Shown here piece after piece: positions 24,314 through 36,413 of a stretch of 64,000 nucleotides of DNA. Location of the stretch: NCBI RefSeq assembly GCF_006345805.1, contig NC_043002.1, forward strand, positions 67,890,001 to 67,954,000, written 5' to 3'. A model generated the notes under the pieces. That model made no database searches. It was not told the origin of the DNA and saw nothing but the letters and a program-made list of their open reading frames with translations. Made by a program: the position numbers and the translations under genes. This DNA is from Octopus sinensis (Eukaryota). Positions within the stretch are counted from its first letter, which is position 1. Each line of letters starts with the position of its first letter.

Positions 24314-26705
24314 ATACTGGATCTCTGCTTTACAAACAATATGGATATTATCCATAATGTTAATGTGATGCCGACAATGATCTCGGATCACAACATAATA
24401 GAGCTGTCTATGTATGGAACAAAAGCCCCCGCAGACACACAGCCTATACGAAGCACCCACCATCTCTCCAACTTAAACTTTCATAAAGCCAACTGGAAGT
24501 CGATTGAGAAAGAGATCCTCAAACAGGATTGGCCTGAATGTCTCTCCACACCGGACGTAAACATGAAACACAAACACTTCATGTCCATAATACAAGCCAT
24601 ATGTGACAAATATGTCCCAATGTGCAGGGCCAGCACACACAAGAACAAAAACAGGATCCCTAGAGAAAGGAGGATTCTTATGAGACGACGGACAAGGATT
24701 GCAAACCGCCTGAGCAAGCACACCAAAAGTGGTGAGAAGTCTCGGCTCGAAAGAATGCTAATGGAAACTGAGAAAAGTCTACATCAGTCCCATGAAAAGG
24801 AGAGAGCAGATAAAGAAGCTTGGGTAATAGAAAATATAAAATCAAACCCTAAAGCTTTCTTTAAGTTTGCCAAAGAGACAGCCACAGTGCACCAGAGAAT
24901 AGGACCTCTCTTCCAAAAAGATGGCTCTCTCACAGGAAATCCCACGAGGATAAGTGAAATACTGAATGAACAGTTCCAAAGTGTGTTCACTACACCTCTA
25001 GGACACAGGCAAGTAAACAACCCAGAAGAATTCTTTGCCACTTTACCAGCGACCAAAGAGACAAAAATTGAGTACATCAACATCGAAGAAGATGATATCA
25101 CACTAGCCATTGATGAGATTGACACAAACTCAGCTGCTGGACCTGATGGATTCCCAGCGATCCTTCTCAAATCGTGCAAACTGAAAGAGGGGGTAATATG
25201 CCCTATCCATAAGGGAGGTAGCAGAGCAGATGCTAAAAATTATAGGCCTATCTCTCTGACCTCACACATCAGCAAAGTCATGGAACGAATAGTCCGTAAG
25301 AAACTAATCATGTTCCTTGAAGAAAATGACTTACTGTCTGACACCCAGCATGGATTTCGACCAGGTAGAGGCTGCCTAACACAGCTCCTGCAACACTATG
25401 ACTGGGTGTTGAAACAGCTACTAAATGGCTCAAATGTGGATGTAATATATCTTGACTTTGCAAAAGCCTTTGATAAAGTCGACCATGGTATGATCTGTCA
25501 CAAACTGCGTGGTCTCGGCATAGGCGGGAAACTTGGAGAGTGGCTGCACAACTTCCTAAAAGACAGAAAACAGGCAGTTGTGAGCAATGGAGCCACCTCC
25601 AGGGAAACGCAAATAACAAGCGGTGTCCCACAGGGCACTGTCTTGGGGCCACTGATGTTCATAGTGGCCCTTTCAGACATGCCTTCAGTTGCTACGATGA
25701 CCACCCTTGCTAGCTATGCAGATGACACAAAAGTCTCCCACGCAATACAAAACCCTGAAAATATTGCGCATCTGCAACATGAGCTGGACACAATATACAG
25801 GTGGGCTGAGGACAACAACATGCAGTTTAATGCAGGTAAGTTCCAGGCCTGCGCTACTGGCACACAAAGGTAAATGACGTGAAGACTGGATACACTGGCC
25901 CAGGAAGAATTGCAATCCCTGAGTCAAAATCAGTGCGTGACCTGGGCATTGACATGAGCAATGATGCATCTTTCCAAATGCATATTGCTAATCTGGTGAT
26001 AAAATGCAGACGGCTAGCTGGATGGATTCTCCGAACTCTCAGAACAAGAGAGAAGGAGACACTGATGGTCCTATGGAAAACATTTGTCCTCAGCCGCTTG
26101 GACTACTGCTCCCAACTTTGGTCACCACACAATATAAAACAAACAGCAGAACTCGAAGCAACTCAGAGAAGCTACACAAAGAAAATCGTCTCAATGCAAA
26201 ATGTCAGCTACTGGGAAAGACTGAAGGTATTAAACCTCTTCTCCCTGGAGCGGAGGCGGGAGAGATATGCAGTGATATACATCTGGAAAATCCTGGAGGG
26301 TCTTGTCCCAAACTTTGGCATTCAAAGTTACTCCAACCGCAGAACGGGGCGCCGCTGCGTGGTGCCAAGGATTCCAACATCACCATCAAAATACAGGTCC
26401 AGATACTGCAACAGCTTGGGTTTCAGAGGACACAGCTCTTTAACATCCTCCCTAAATGCCTGAGAGACTTACATGGTGTGGATGTGGGTTTCTTTAAAAC
26501 TAAACTGGATCTCTTCTTGTTGGGAGTCCCAGATGAACCTACCTCACGACAGGAGACACGGATGCGGGCAGCAGCATCGAACTCCCTTGTTGATCAAGTG
26601 CCACGTATCAGAGGTGGATTCACAAACTAGTGTAGCTCATTCAGCGGTGGTGCCCCAGCATGGCCGCGGCCTTCGGGCTAAAACATTTTTAAGGATTTAA
26701 GGATT

Positions 26706-26707
<2 letters not shown>
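24314..26707 (+). mobile_element. 5'-truncated CR1-clade LINE (APE endonuclease C-end + RT), pseudogenised
   Basis: LDLCFTN...SDHNII (EN end); YRPISLTSHISKVMERIV, QHGFRPGRGCLTQLL, YLDFAKAFDKVDH, GVPQGTVLGP, YADDT (RT); FSLERRRER; frameshifts near 25.86 and 26.43 kb; 8 bp tail unit (TTTAAGGA)x2. Confidence 0.96.
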
Positions 26708-26749
<42 letters not shown>

Positions 26750-26751
<2 letters not shown>

Positions 26752-26912
26752 ACGGGAAGCTTTATGAAAATAGACAAAAGACGAAGGCAGGTGGGAAACA
26801 AACAAACAATTGTATTAGTATGGCGCTCAGGAAATATAAATAAAACAAGTCTTTAACGTTTCGAGCCTACGCTCTTCAACAGAAAGATACACAGAGAGAA
26901 AAAAATCATATA
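26750..26912 (-). mobile_element. short PLE-type terminal repeat between (TA)n runs
   Basis: hammerhead motif followed by TTTCCTGAGCG block, also present in 33800-34025. Confidence 0.65.
26850..26887 (-). ncRNA. minimal hammerhead motif, CUGUUGA core variant
   Basis: TCTTT-CTGTTGA-A-GAGC-gtag-GCTC-GAAAC-GTT-AAAGA: perfect 5 bp stem I, 4 bp stem II, palindromic ACGT stem III. Confidence 0.6.
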
Positions 26913-26936
26913 TATATATATTACTCTTTTCTCTTT

Positions 26937-27295
26937 TACTCTTTTACTTGTTTCAGTCATTTGACTGTGGCCATGCTGGAGCACCACCTTTAGTCGAGCA
27001 AATCGACCCCAACACTTATTCTTTGTAAGCCCAGTACTTATTCTATCGGTCTCTTTTTGCTGAACCGCTAAGTGACGGGGACGTAAACACACCAGCATCG
27101 GTTGTCAAGCAATGCAAGGGGGACAAACACAGACACACAAACATATACACACACATATATACATACATATATACGACAGGCTTCTTTCAGTTTCCGTCTA
27201 CCAAATCCACTCACAAGGCATTGGTCGGCCTGGGGGACTGAACCCGGAACCATGTGGTTGGTTAGCAAGCTACTTACCACACAGCCACTCCTGCG

Positions 27296-27298
<3 letters not shown>
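26937..27298 (-). mobile_element. SINE family A with core deletion
   Basis: matches 1244-1638 but lacks the GCTATAGT...GGTGCC block. Confidence 0.9.
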
Positions 27299-27366
<68 letters not shown>

Positions 27367-27960
27367 CATGTATATATGTATGCATATGCATCCATGTATA
27401 CTCCACTCTAACACTTGGGAAATTATTAAAATGATTGATAGGCCGGCTTGGAATAGTATCCTGTCATTGATCAACGGAATAATAATTTTTTTTTGTTTCT
27501 TTCCGTATTACAAATAGGCGGTTTTCTTTGTGTTTGTAGATATATATGGACTTTATGTGTATAGAAATGTCTTTCAGTTGGTGCGAATTTATTCCATCTT
27601 CCTCCTCACACTTTCAATGGAAAACTATCTGAGCTGAAGTATCAAATCCCTTAGAGATTTGAGTGTTTGCTTAACCAGAAATTTGTATAGTATGAATTGT
27701 TTGATCATTTTCATCAAAAATATTCTTTCTCTTAGATCTGTGCTTTTATATATATTTATGTATGTTTGTATGTATGTATGTATGTATGTATGTGTATACA
27801 CACACACACACACACATATATATAAGAATGGGCAAAAGTAGGTATACAGTTGCTTAACATGATTGGAATGTTCTTTTGATTTCTCTTTCTTTTTTAAGAT
27901 AAAAAATTCTATGTTTATTTTAAGCTACTGTATACTTAATTTCGACCATCCTGGCATGTA

Positions 27961-28030
<70 letters not shown>

Positions 28031-28190
28031 TGTGTGTGTGTGTGTGTTAAGAGGCTCAAAACATCAAAGATTCTTCTATTTTCCCTGGACATCAAACTAA
28101 TAAAAAAAAAGTATCAATCCTTGTTTGTTGTGCCGTCACCTGTCTCTGTATTCTGTTTTTTGTTTTTTGTACATTTTGAACCATACACAC

Positions 28191-28246
<56 letters not shown>

Positions 28247-28256
28247 ATATATAATG

Positions 28257-28325
<69 letters not shown>

Positions 28326-28378
28326 GTATTATATATATATATAATATATGTATATATATGTATGTATATATATATATG

Positions 28379-28422
<44 letters not shown>

Positions 28423-28478
28423 GTATATATATGTTATATATATATGTATATGTATATATATATATGTATATATATATG

Positions 28479-28692
28479 GGCCAGCTCTGTCTGGCACCAG
28501 TGCGGGTGGCACGTAAAAAGCACCCACTACACTCACGGAGTGGTTGGCGTTAGGAAGGGCATCCAGCCGTAGAAACACTGCCAGATTTGACTGGGCCTGA
28601 TGAAGCCTTCTGGCTTCACAGACCCCAGTAGAACCGTCCAACCCATGCTAGCATGGAAAACGGACGCTAAATGATGATGATGATGATGATGA
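28479..28692 (+). mobile_element. RTE 3' end with (GAT)n tail
   Basis: one GGCACGTAAAAAGCACC unit, GGAAGGGCATCCAGCC, ACCCATGCTAGCATGG, (GAT)n. Confidence 0.9.
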
Positions 28693-28856
28693 TATATGTA
28701 TATATATATATATGTATATATATGTATATATATGTGTATATATATATATGTATATATACATACATACATACACACACACATATATATAAGAAAATACTAA
28801 GGTAACATAAAGGAACCAACATGAACAGAATATGATATATGTGTGTGTGTGTGTAA

Positions 28857-29647
28857 TCTCTCTATATATAAACGGCAGTTTGTCTGTCTGTGTGTCTGTC
28901 AGGTTGTACCCTCACCCTGACCACGGCTTTCAACCGATTCTGATGAAACTTAACACACACGTAGCCCAATGTCATAATTCAAAACTAACACAGCGAAAAT
29001 TTTGAAAAGTTCCCTCAGTTCTGAAAAGAAATCGATAAATTCGACATGGGTCGAGAATCTAAGCTTTTTATATGCAACACATTTTCTACAGACTGTCTAG
29101 GGGACGCAACTCGACCTTTTTAACTCTCGGAACACGTGGGGTAAGTATCCTAAAATGTATAAAAATGTACAAAAACGGCAAAAAAGCAGGCAGCAATGTG
29201 AGTGACAACAACGAAAAAGTCAAAAGTGACCAAACTGAACAAACGAATGGAAAAGGTTTTTTGGTGCACACGACAAAAGCGGTTTATAATAAACCAAGAG
29301 TTTGCAAGTAGCGTCCGAGGACCCTTAGGGTACGTCAAAAACTTAAGGTAAAACGTTTGGGGTGGTAGTTATAAAGAAAGTGTAAACAAAAAAAGTATTC
29401 GAATAACTTGCGGCTGCTGCAGCTATTAGCAGAAGTTGGGGGTAAAGTCTCGAATGTAATTTCTTCCTGGTAGGAATTGGTTGGGTTGAATTATCGATAG
29501 CTGTTTGATAGTTATTTGGGAGTGAAGAGAAGACATTGCAACCTACACATGCGCCTTCGTTCCCTAGAGGGAAAGGAGTAGATTGGGATTAGTCGTTGCC
29601 TACTAGGGACTCTTACATACCCGGGCAACGCCGGGCTATGCTGCTAG
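28857..29647 (+). mobile_element. non-autonomous Helitron
   Basis: A|TC(TC)2TATATATAAA 5' end; hairpin CCCGG-gcaacg-CCGGG (29620-29635) 8 nt before CTAG|T. Confidence 0.85.
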
Positions 29648-29650
29648 TAT

Positions 29651-29684
<34 letters not shown>

Positions 29685-30905
29685 CAGGGGTTGGACAAAA
29701 TAATGGAAACACCTTAAAATTTCAAACAAATATATTTTAATATGGGGTAGGACCAACTTTGGCAATAAATACAGCTTGAATTCTGAGGTATGGACTCATA
29801 CAAAGTTTGAATTGCTTCCAAAGGAATTTTTGTCCATTCTTCAGCTAAAACAGTCTCCAGTTCTTGTAGTGATGATAGTGGAGGATATCGACTCCTTACT
29901 TATTTTTTAAAATGCACCATAAATGTTCAATAATATTGATATCTGAGGACTGTGATGGCCAAATAAGATGTTCAACTTCACTAGAATGTTCCTCCTGCCA
30001 TTCAGTAACAACTTTAGCTGTGTGAATTGGTGCATTATCATCCTGAAAGATTGCATTTCCCTCCAGAAACAGTTCTGCAACCCTAGGATAAATTTGATCA
30101 GATAAAATGCTTCAATATTCTTGACTATTAATTCTGCCATGAATTGAAACCATTGGGCTGGTAGATTTCCAAAATATAGCACCCCACCATCCCCGATCAT
30201 TATAGATCTTCCTCCATGTTTAACAGTTGGAAGAAGGCAGTCTGGATCAAATGCTTCTTTTGGCTGTCTCTACAAGTATACTCGGCCGGTGGTTGGAAAT
30301 AAGATAAAGGATAACTCGTCCGAGAAAATAATATTCTTCCACTGCTCTGGGACCAATTCTGTAGGTTTTTACTCCACTCTAAATGCTTTACGATGTTTGT
30401 TTTTGAAAGTAGTGGTTTTCTGATTGCAGCCCTCCCATGAAATCCAGCTTTGTGCAGCTCCCGGCAAACAGTTTTTGTGGAAACTGGGTTCTCAAGGTGG
30501 TCATTAAGCTCTGCAGTAATTCTGGAAGCTGTACTTTTGTGATCCTTTCTAACAATTCAGGTAAGAGTCCAACAGTTCCTATCTGAAAGTTTTGGTTTTC
30601 TTCTGGAGTTTTGTTTCGACGAGGAGGTTTTTCTCTCTTTCTCAAAGGCTGTCATCACTTTCGAGACAGTACTTCTTGATACACTAAACATTTCGGTTGT
30701 TTTCGTTATGCTAGTGCCTGCCATACGAATACCAACAATTTGACCTCTTTGAAAGTCCAAAAGATCTGTCATTTTAATGAATTTGAATTGCCTTTTTCTG
30801 ATGATATCTGAAAAGAAACAGCAATTTTAGCAAAACATATTAAGCAACACTAATAATTAACCAAAAAACATAAAAATAAACACGCTTTTGACAGTTTTAT
30901 AGATA
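29685..30905 (-). mobile_element. Tc1-type transposon, DD36E transposase pseudogene
   Basis: MTDLLDFQRGQIVG (ATG 30772); IFSDEL; LPTVKHGG; FQDDNAPIHTA...WPSQSSDINIIEHLW with 36 residues between D (30039) and E (29928); TA|CAGGGGTTGGACAAAATAATGGAAACACC TIR at the left end; right TIR not recognisable; stops and frameshifts. Confidence 0.92.
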
Positions 30906-31061
30906 TTTCAAATTTCTATAAATATTTGTAGATATTTCAAATTGCAAGAGTGACTGTGTGTAAGAAGCTTACTTACCAACCACTAAAAGCAGTGCTCCAG
31001 CATGGCTGCAGTCAAATGAGTGAAACAAATGAAAGAATAAAAAAATATGGTGTGTGTATTC

Positions 31062-32150
31062 AGGTGCATTGCAGGTATGGTAACATGGTTCAGAAATTTG
31101 CTTCCCAACCATGTAGTTTCTGATTTGGTTCCACTGCATAGTACCTTGGACAAGTGTCTTCAACTACAGTTTAAGCTTACCAAAGTCTTGTGAATGGTCT
31201 TTGTTGATGAAAACTGAAAGAAGCCTGTCATGAACAGATAGATAGATAAATGGATGTATGTGTATGAATGAGTGTGTATGTTTGAATTTATGAGTGTGTA
31301 TTGTGTACATGTTAGTAACTACTTGTTTTGACATCGTGCAACAGATGTAAATGAGTGTCACTGTCAGACAAGCATGGCCATTGCTAAGCCCCTGCAACCC
31401 CTGTGGTCGCAAGGGGCCTCTGCTGTTAAGGGGCCGCATATTGAGATCAAAGTATGGAGATGAGTCATCTATTTACTTTGGTTAAGATGTTGAACAAGAA
31501 TTAAACAATATTAACTGAAAATTTCAAGAAATAAAATGGTAATACATTGTATCTGCAAAAGTTCTTGTAAAAATGTTACATTGTACCACGAACGTGTACC
31601 AGACTTTGTGGATTGTCTATGATCCCTATTGAACACAAACCTAGTTCTCAGCTTAATTATTCTGAATTAATCGATGATTTAAGGAAGCGAAAAGTGTGCC
31701 GTGTTTGTCTTTGAAAGTTGCTTGGATTATAAAAGTGCTCTTTTATTCATATCTGGAAGTTTTACTAATTGAAATTTGTAATAGACTTGTACTTTTAAAG
31801 ATATTCTTTAGGATAGCATGAAATATTGAACTTCATATAGAATATAGTAGAACATAGCTATGAATAAAAGGTGTATAGATTATAAATTTTGATTGAAGAG
31901 ATGGGGCCTCGAAGCAAAAAGTTGCAGGGGGCCTCTAAAAATCATGCAATGGAGCTGCAGACAGGCAGTTTTCTTTATTTCCAATCTTCTATGAAAACAT
32001 GTCTGGTCATGGGGAAATATTACCTTATTTGGAAACAGGTGAAAGTTGACAACAAGAAGGGTATCCATCCAAAGAAAATCTATCTCAACAAATTCTCTAT
32101 GATCCATACAAGCATAGAAAAGTGTATGTTAAAAAGAAAATGATAATGAT
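31062..32150 (+). mobile_element. SINE family B split by a hAT MITE
   Basis: head/core at 31062-31372, RTE-type tail resumes at 31958. Confidence 0.75.
31373..31957. mobile_element. hAT-type MITE
   Basis: ends CATGGCCATTGC...GCAATGGAGCTG; 8 bp TSD CAGACAAG/CAGACAGG (7/8); subterminal CCCCTGCAAC...GTTGCAGGGG. Confidence 0.8.
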
Positions 32151-32223
32151 GATATAGTTTTAAAAAATTAATGGTGTTTACTATAATTATATATACTGAA
32201 TTATATGTATATAATATATATGG

Positions 32224-32520
32224 TGAAGCCACATAGTCCAGTGGTTAGGCTGTTGTACTTGCAATCACTAAATTGTGGTTTTAATTCCTGGACTGGGTGG
32301 CATGGTGTGTTCTTGAGCAAGATACCTCATTTCATTTTGCTCCAGTCCACTCAGTTGTAAATGGATTACCCTGCGATGGATTAGCCTTTTGATCAGGGAA
32401 AATGTCAGCCTGCCCACCCAGCCAGCAGGGTGGCATCATTCGAAGTCTATAACAATGTTAAGCTCATTGTGACCTGCAGTGTATAAAAATATCTGATAGT
32501 CTGATCCATCAGGTGTTCAT
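32224..32520 (+). mobile_element. SINE family D (tRNA-like head TAGTCCAGTGGTTAGG)
   Basis: A-box-like motif, GGTTTTAATTCC B-box-like motif, GTGTTCTTGAGCAAGA core; related copies at 33.0, 36.7, 47.5, 53.7 and 57.9 kb. Confidence 0.75.
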
Positions 32521-32974
32521 ATGATATATGTGTGTGTGTGTGTGTGTACTGAATTTGGTTTCTTGCTTGATGTTTGCCAATAGTTATATTTGGAAGAGAA
32601 ATTTTGTAAGAGGTGCTTAAGACTTTGTTGTCTTGTATCCAAGTTTGCTTACTCCAGTTATATTCAAGTTGTCATATCTGCCACTTTCGCAGTAGTAAAG
32701 AGATTAGTTATAAATCAAAATACATTCTTTATGAAACAATCAAGATTCACCCAAGAACACCCCACTTTCTAATGCCAATGATTTCTTCACTGACGTACAT
32801 TACATTGCATCTAAAATGTTTCTCTGTGAGGCACAAGTCCAGGCAAAGTTGTTCATGGAAGACCAGCAGTTTCCCATGCATACCAGCCTCACCTCTTCAT
32901 CGATGTTATCCAAAAGAAAGGCAAAGACTGATGCAGCTTGGCACCAGTGATGTTACAGCTCATTCCTGCAGGTG

Positions 32975-33292
32975 CATGGCTTAGTAGTTAAAGATGTTCA
33001 CTTCACGATTGTAAGGTCGTCTGTTCGATTCCTGGTAGCGTGTTATGTCCTTGAGCAAGACACTTTATTTCACATTGCCTCAGTCTACTAAGCTGGCAAA
33101 TATGAGTTATACTTGTAATTCAAAACGGGCCAGTCTTGTCACATTCTGTGCCATGCTGAATCTCCCTGAGAACTACATTAAAGGCACACATGTCTGTGGA
33201 GTACTCAGCCACTTGCATGTTAATTTCACGAGCAGGCTGTTCCATTGATCATATCAATGGGAACTCACTTCATAACTGATGGAGTGCCAATT
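32975..33292 (+). mobile_element. SINE family D
   Basis: GGCTTAGTAGTTA head, GTTCGATTCC B box, CCTTGAGCAAGACACTT core; 3' part matches 36712-36850 (minus). Confidence 0.8.
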
Positions 33293-33559
33293 ATAAATTA
33301 TTATTATCATTAGTTCTCTGACGTCATTATCATCATTTTCATCAACATCATAGTTTGCATCTTTTATCGTTTACATATTTCCGTCATTAGACTGGCCATG
33401 CTGGAGCACCACCTTGAAGAAATTTTAGTCACATGAATTAACCTGAACACTTATTTTTTAAAGCCTAATACTTATTCTATTGGTCTCTTTTGCGAAATCG
33501 CTAAGTTACAGGGATGTTAACACACCAACATTGGTTGTCAAGCAGTGGCAGGAAACGCA

Positions 33560-33740
33560 CATAAAAGCACCCACTACAATCTCAGAGTGGTTGGTGTTAG
33601 GAAGGGCATCCAACTGTAGAAACTCTGCCAGATCAGATTGGAGCCTGGTGCAGCCATCTGGTTCACTAGTCCTCAGTCAAACCATCCAACCCATGCTAGC
33701 ATGGAGAGCAGACATTAAACGATGATGATGTTGATAATGA
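33560..33740 (+). mobile_element. RTE 3' end
   Basis: AAAAGCACCCACTAC...GGAAGGGCATCC...ACCCATGCTAGCATGG...(GAT)n. Confidence 0.88.
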
Positions 33741-33799
33741 TATATATGTATATATTCTATAATTATAAGCATAATTATAATCAGGGGTTAGCTAAATGC

Positions 33800-34025
33800 T
33801 GTTTCTGCGGGATTGTTCATGTGACTGCATGTATATTGTTGGCGATTTTCTTTCTCCATCTTCCCTTCCTTGGACCTTTCCTTTTTCTATGTTTCTGACG
33901 AAGAGCTCTGCTTGAAACGTTAAATCCTACTTCTTTCTTTCCTTTCCTGAGTGTCCAATAACACTATATTTGTTCCACGTCCTCGGGTTGTTGTGTTTTC
34001 TCTTTGTTCATGTTTGAATTAACTA
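33800..34025 (+). mobile_element. PLE-type terminal repeat
   Basis: hammerhead motif, then CT-rich stretch and TTTCCTGAGTG block, ending at (TA)n. Confidence 0.6.
33891..33925 (+). ncRNA. minimal type I hammerhead ribozyme motif (canonical CUGACGA core)
   Basis: GTTT-CTGACGA-A-GAGC-tct-GCTT-GAAAC-GTT-AAAT: stems I and II (one G.U each), palindromic ACGT stem III. Confidence 0.65.
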
Positions 34026-34037
34026 TATATATATATA

Positions 34038-34542
34038 CTAGCAGTATCGCCCGGCGTTGCTCGGGTTTGTAAGGGAAATAACTATATAAGCATTTTTAGA
34101 GAGTTATAGATGCCAATTCGGGCTTTCTTAGCCATTTCTGTTTTGGTGTCTTCAAGCCATGAAGTCGTTGTTCTGAAAGAACGTTGGTCTCCTTGACAAC
34201 GCATTACGACATTGATTTCCTTAAACTCCCTTCCCCACAGCTTCACGAGGGAGAGAAGAAGGGGGAGAAGCAAACACAGGTGCAGGTGTTTGAGCGTGGA
34301 CGCCAACTCCGCCGCCATCGACACAGGAAAAATTATACATTAAAATGGAATAAAAAATTATGTTAAATTATTTTTAAAATCGTAGACTCATCGTAGACGC
34401 GCACTAATACTCAGACAGGCTCAATATGAATCACGACTATAAGATACCTGAATTTGGTTAAACTGCACCGCAAAATGTGGGAGGAGTTAGGAATCTAAAT
34501 CGTAGGAGACAGACACTCACACAACAGTTTTATATATATATA
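34038..34542 (-). mobile_element. non-autonomous Helitron, unit 1
   Basis: minus strand ends CCCGAGCAACGCCGGG-CGATACTG-CTAG|T and starts TATATATATATAAAAC. Confidence 0.85.
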
Positions 34543-35045
34543 CTAGCAGTATCGCCCGGCGTTGCTCGGGTTTGTAAGGGAAATAACTATATAAGCATTT
34601 TTAGAGAGTTACTTCCCTTATAATTCGGGCTTTCTTAGCCATTTTGTTTTGGTGTCTTCAAGCCATGAAGTCGTTGTTCTAAAGAACGCTGGTCTCCTTC
34701 ACAACGCATTACGACGTTGATTTCTTACACTCCCTTCCCCACAGCTTCACGAGGGAGGGAAGAAGGGGGAGAAGCAAACAGGTGCAGCTGTGACCATGGA
34801 CGCCAACTCCGCCGCCATCGACACACGAAAAATTATTCATTAAAATGGAATAAAAAATTATGTTAAATTATTTTTTAAATCGTAGACTCATCGTAGACGC
34901 GTGCTAATAGCCAGACGGGCTCGATATTAATCACGACTATAAGATACCAGAATTTGGTTAAACTGCACCGCACAATGTGGGAGTAGTTAGGAATCTAAAT
35001 CGAAGGGGACAGACACTCACACAACTACAGTTTTATATATATAGA
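34543..35045 (-). mobile_element. non-autonomous Helitron, unit 2 (head-to-tail with unit 1)
   Basis: A|TCTATATATATAAAAC start, same 3' hairpin + CTAG; collinear with unit 1. Confidence 0.88.
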
Positions 35046-35489
35046 TATATATATATATATATATGTATGTATATGTATCTACACACAAACACACACACAC
35101 AAACACAAATGCGCACACACATGCACATACATACACACGCACAAATACAAACACACACACACACACACACACAAACACACAAATACCCCATACACACACA
35201 CACACAAACCCCCCCCCCCCACACACACACAGACACACACACATGCACAAAGACCTTCTTTCAACATCTGTCTAACAAAGCTTTGTTGTCCTGATGCTAT
35301 ATTAGAAGACACTTGCCCAAAGTGCCATTCAGTGGAACTGAACCCAAAACCACATGGCTGGGAAGTAAACTTCTTAACCACACAGCCATGCCTGACATTT
35401 ATCGACATATATCGGTTAAACACAACTTGGAAGATAATTATCGGCTATGCATATACTGTCACAATTTCAGCTGAAATAAAGTTATGATG

Positions 35490-35668
35490 CATATATGGGC
35501 AAGGAGAGGCTGTCTGGTAAGAAGCTTGCTAACCAACCACATGGTTCTGGGTTCAGTCCCACTGCGTGACACCTTGGGCAAGTATCTTCTACTATAGCCT
35601 CAGGCCAACCAAAGCCTTGTGAGTGGATTTGGTAGACAGAAACTGAAAGAAGCCCATCGTATATATGT

Positions 35669-35712
<44 letters not shown>

Positions 35713-36367
35713 CCAGGAAGACATGGGATGAGGTAGTCAAGCATGACCTCAGAGCGTTGGGCCTCACTGAGGCAATGGCGAAGGACCGAGATCTCTGGAG
35801 ATATGCTGTGACTGCAAAGACCCGGGCTGTTTCCTGCATCAGTTCCGCATAGCCCCTGCCCATTCAAAGTACCCTGGATCCCAGAACGTCCCACTGTGCT
35901 TGAGGAGACCTGTTGAGTGAAGTACATGAACATGAACGTCGAAATAAATATCAATGGAAATAGTAGTTGTGATGCCTGTGCCGGTGGCACATAAAAAGCA
36001 CTATCTGAACGTGGCCGATGCCAGCGCCACCCCTACTGGCTTCTGTGCCGGTGGCACATAAAAAGCACCATCCGAAGGTTGCCAGCACCGCCTTGGCTGG
36101 CTGCCGTGCTGCTGGCACGTTAAAAGCTCCAACCGATCGTGGCCGATGCCGGACCCCACCCTGGCACCTGTGCAGGTGGCACGTAAAAAGCACCCACTAC
36201 ACTCGCGGAGTGGTTGGCGTTAGGAAGGGCATCCAGCCATAGAAACTCTGCCAGATCACACTGGAGCCTGGAGCAGCCCCTGGCTTCCCAGACCCCGGTC
36301 GAACCGTCCAACCCGTGCTAGCGCGGAAAACGGACGTTAAACGATGATGATGATGATGATGATGATA

Positions 36368-36413
<46 letters not shown>

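Noticed and set aside
32613-32984. 123 aa plus-strand ORF and small minus-strand exon-like segments (32651-32809)
   Set aside because: No recognisable homology, weak donors, and the ORF ends in a SINE.
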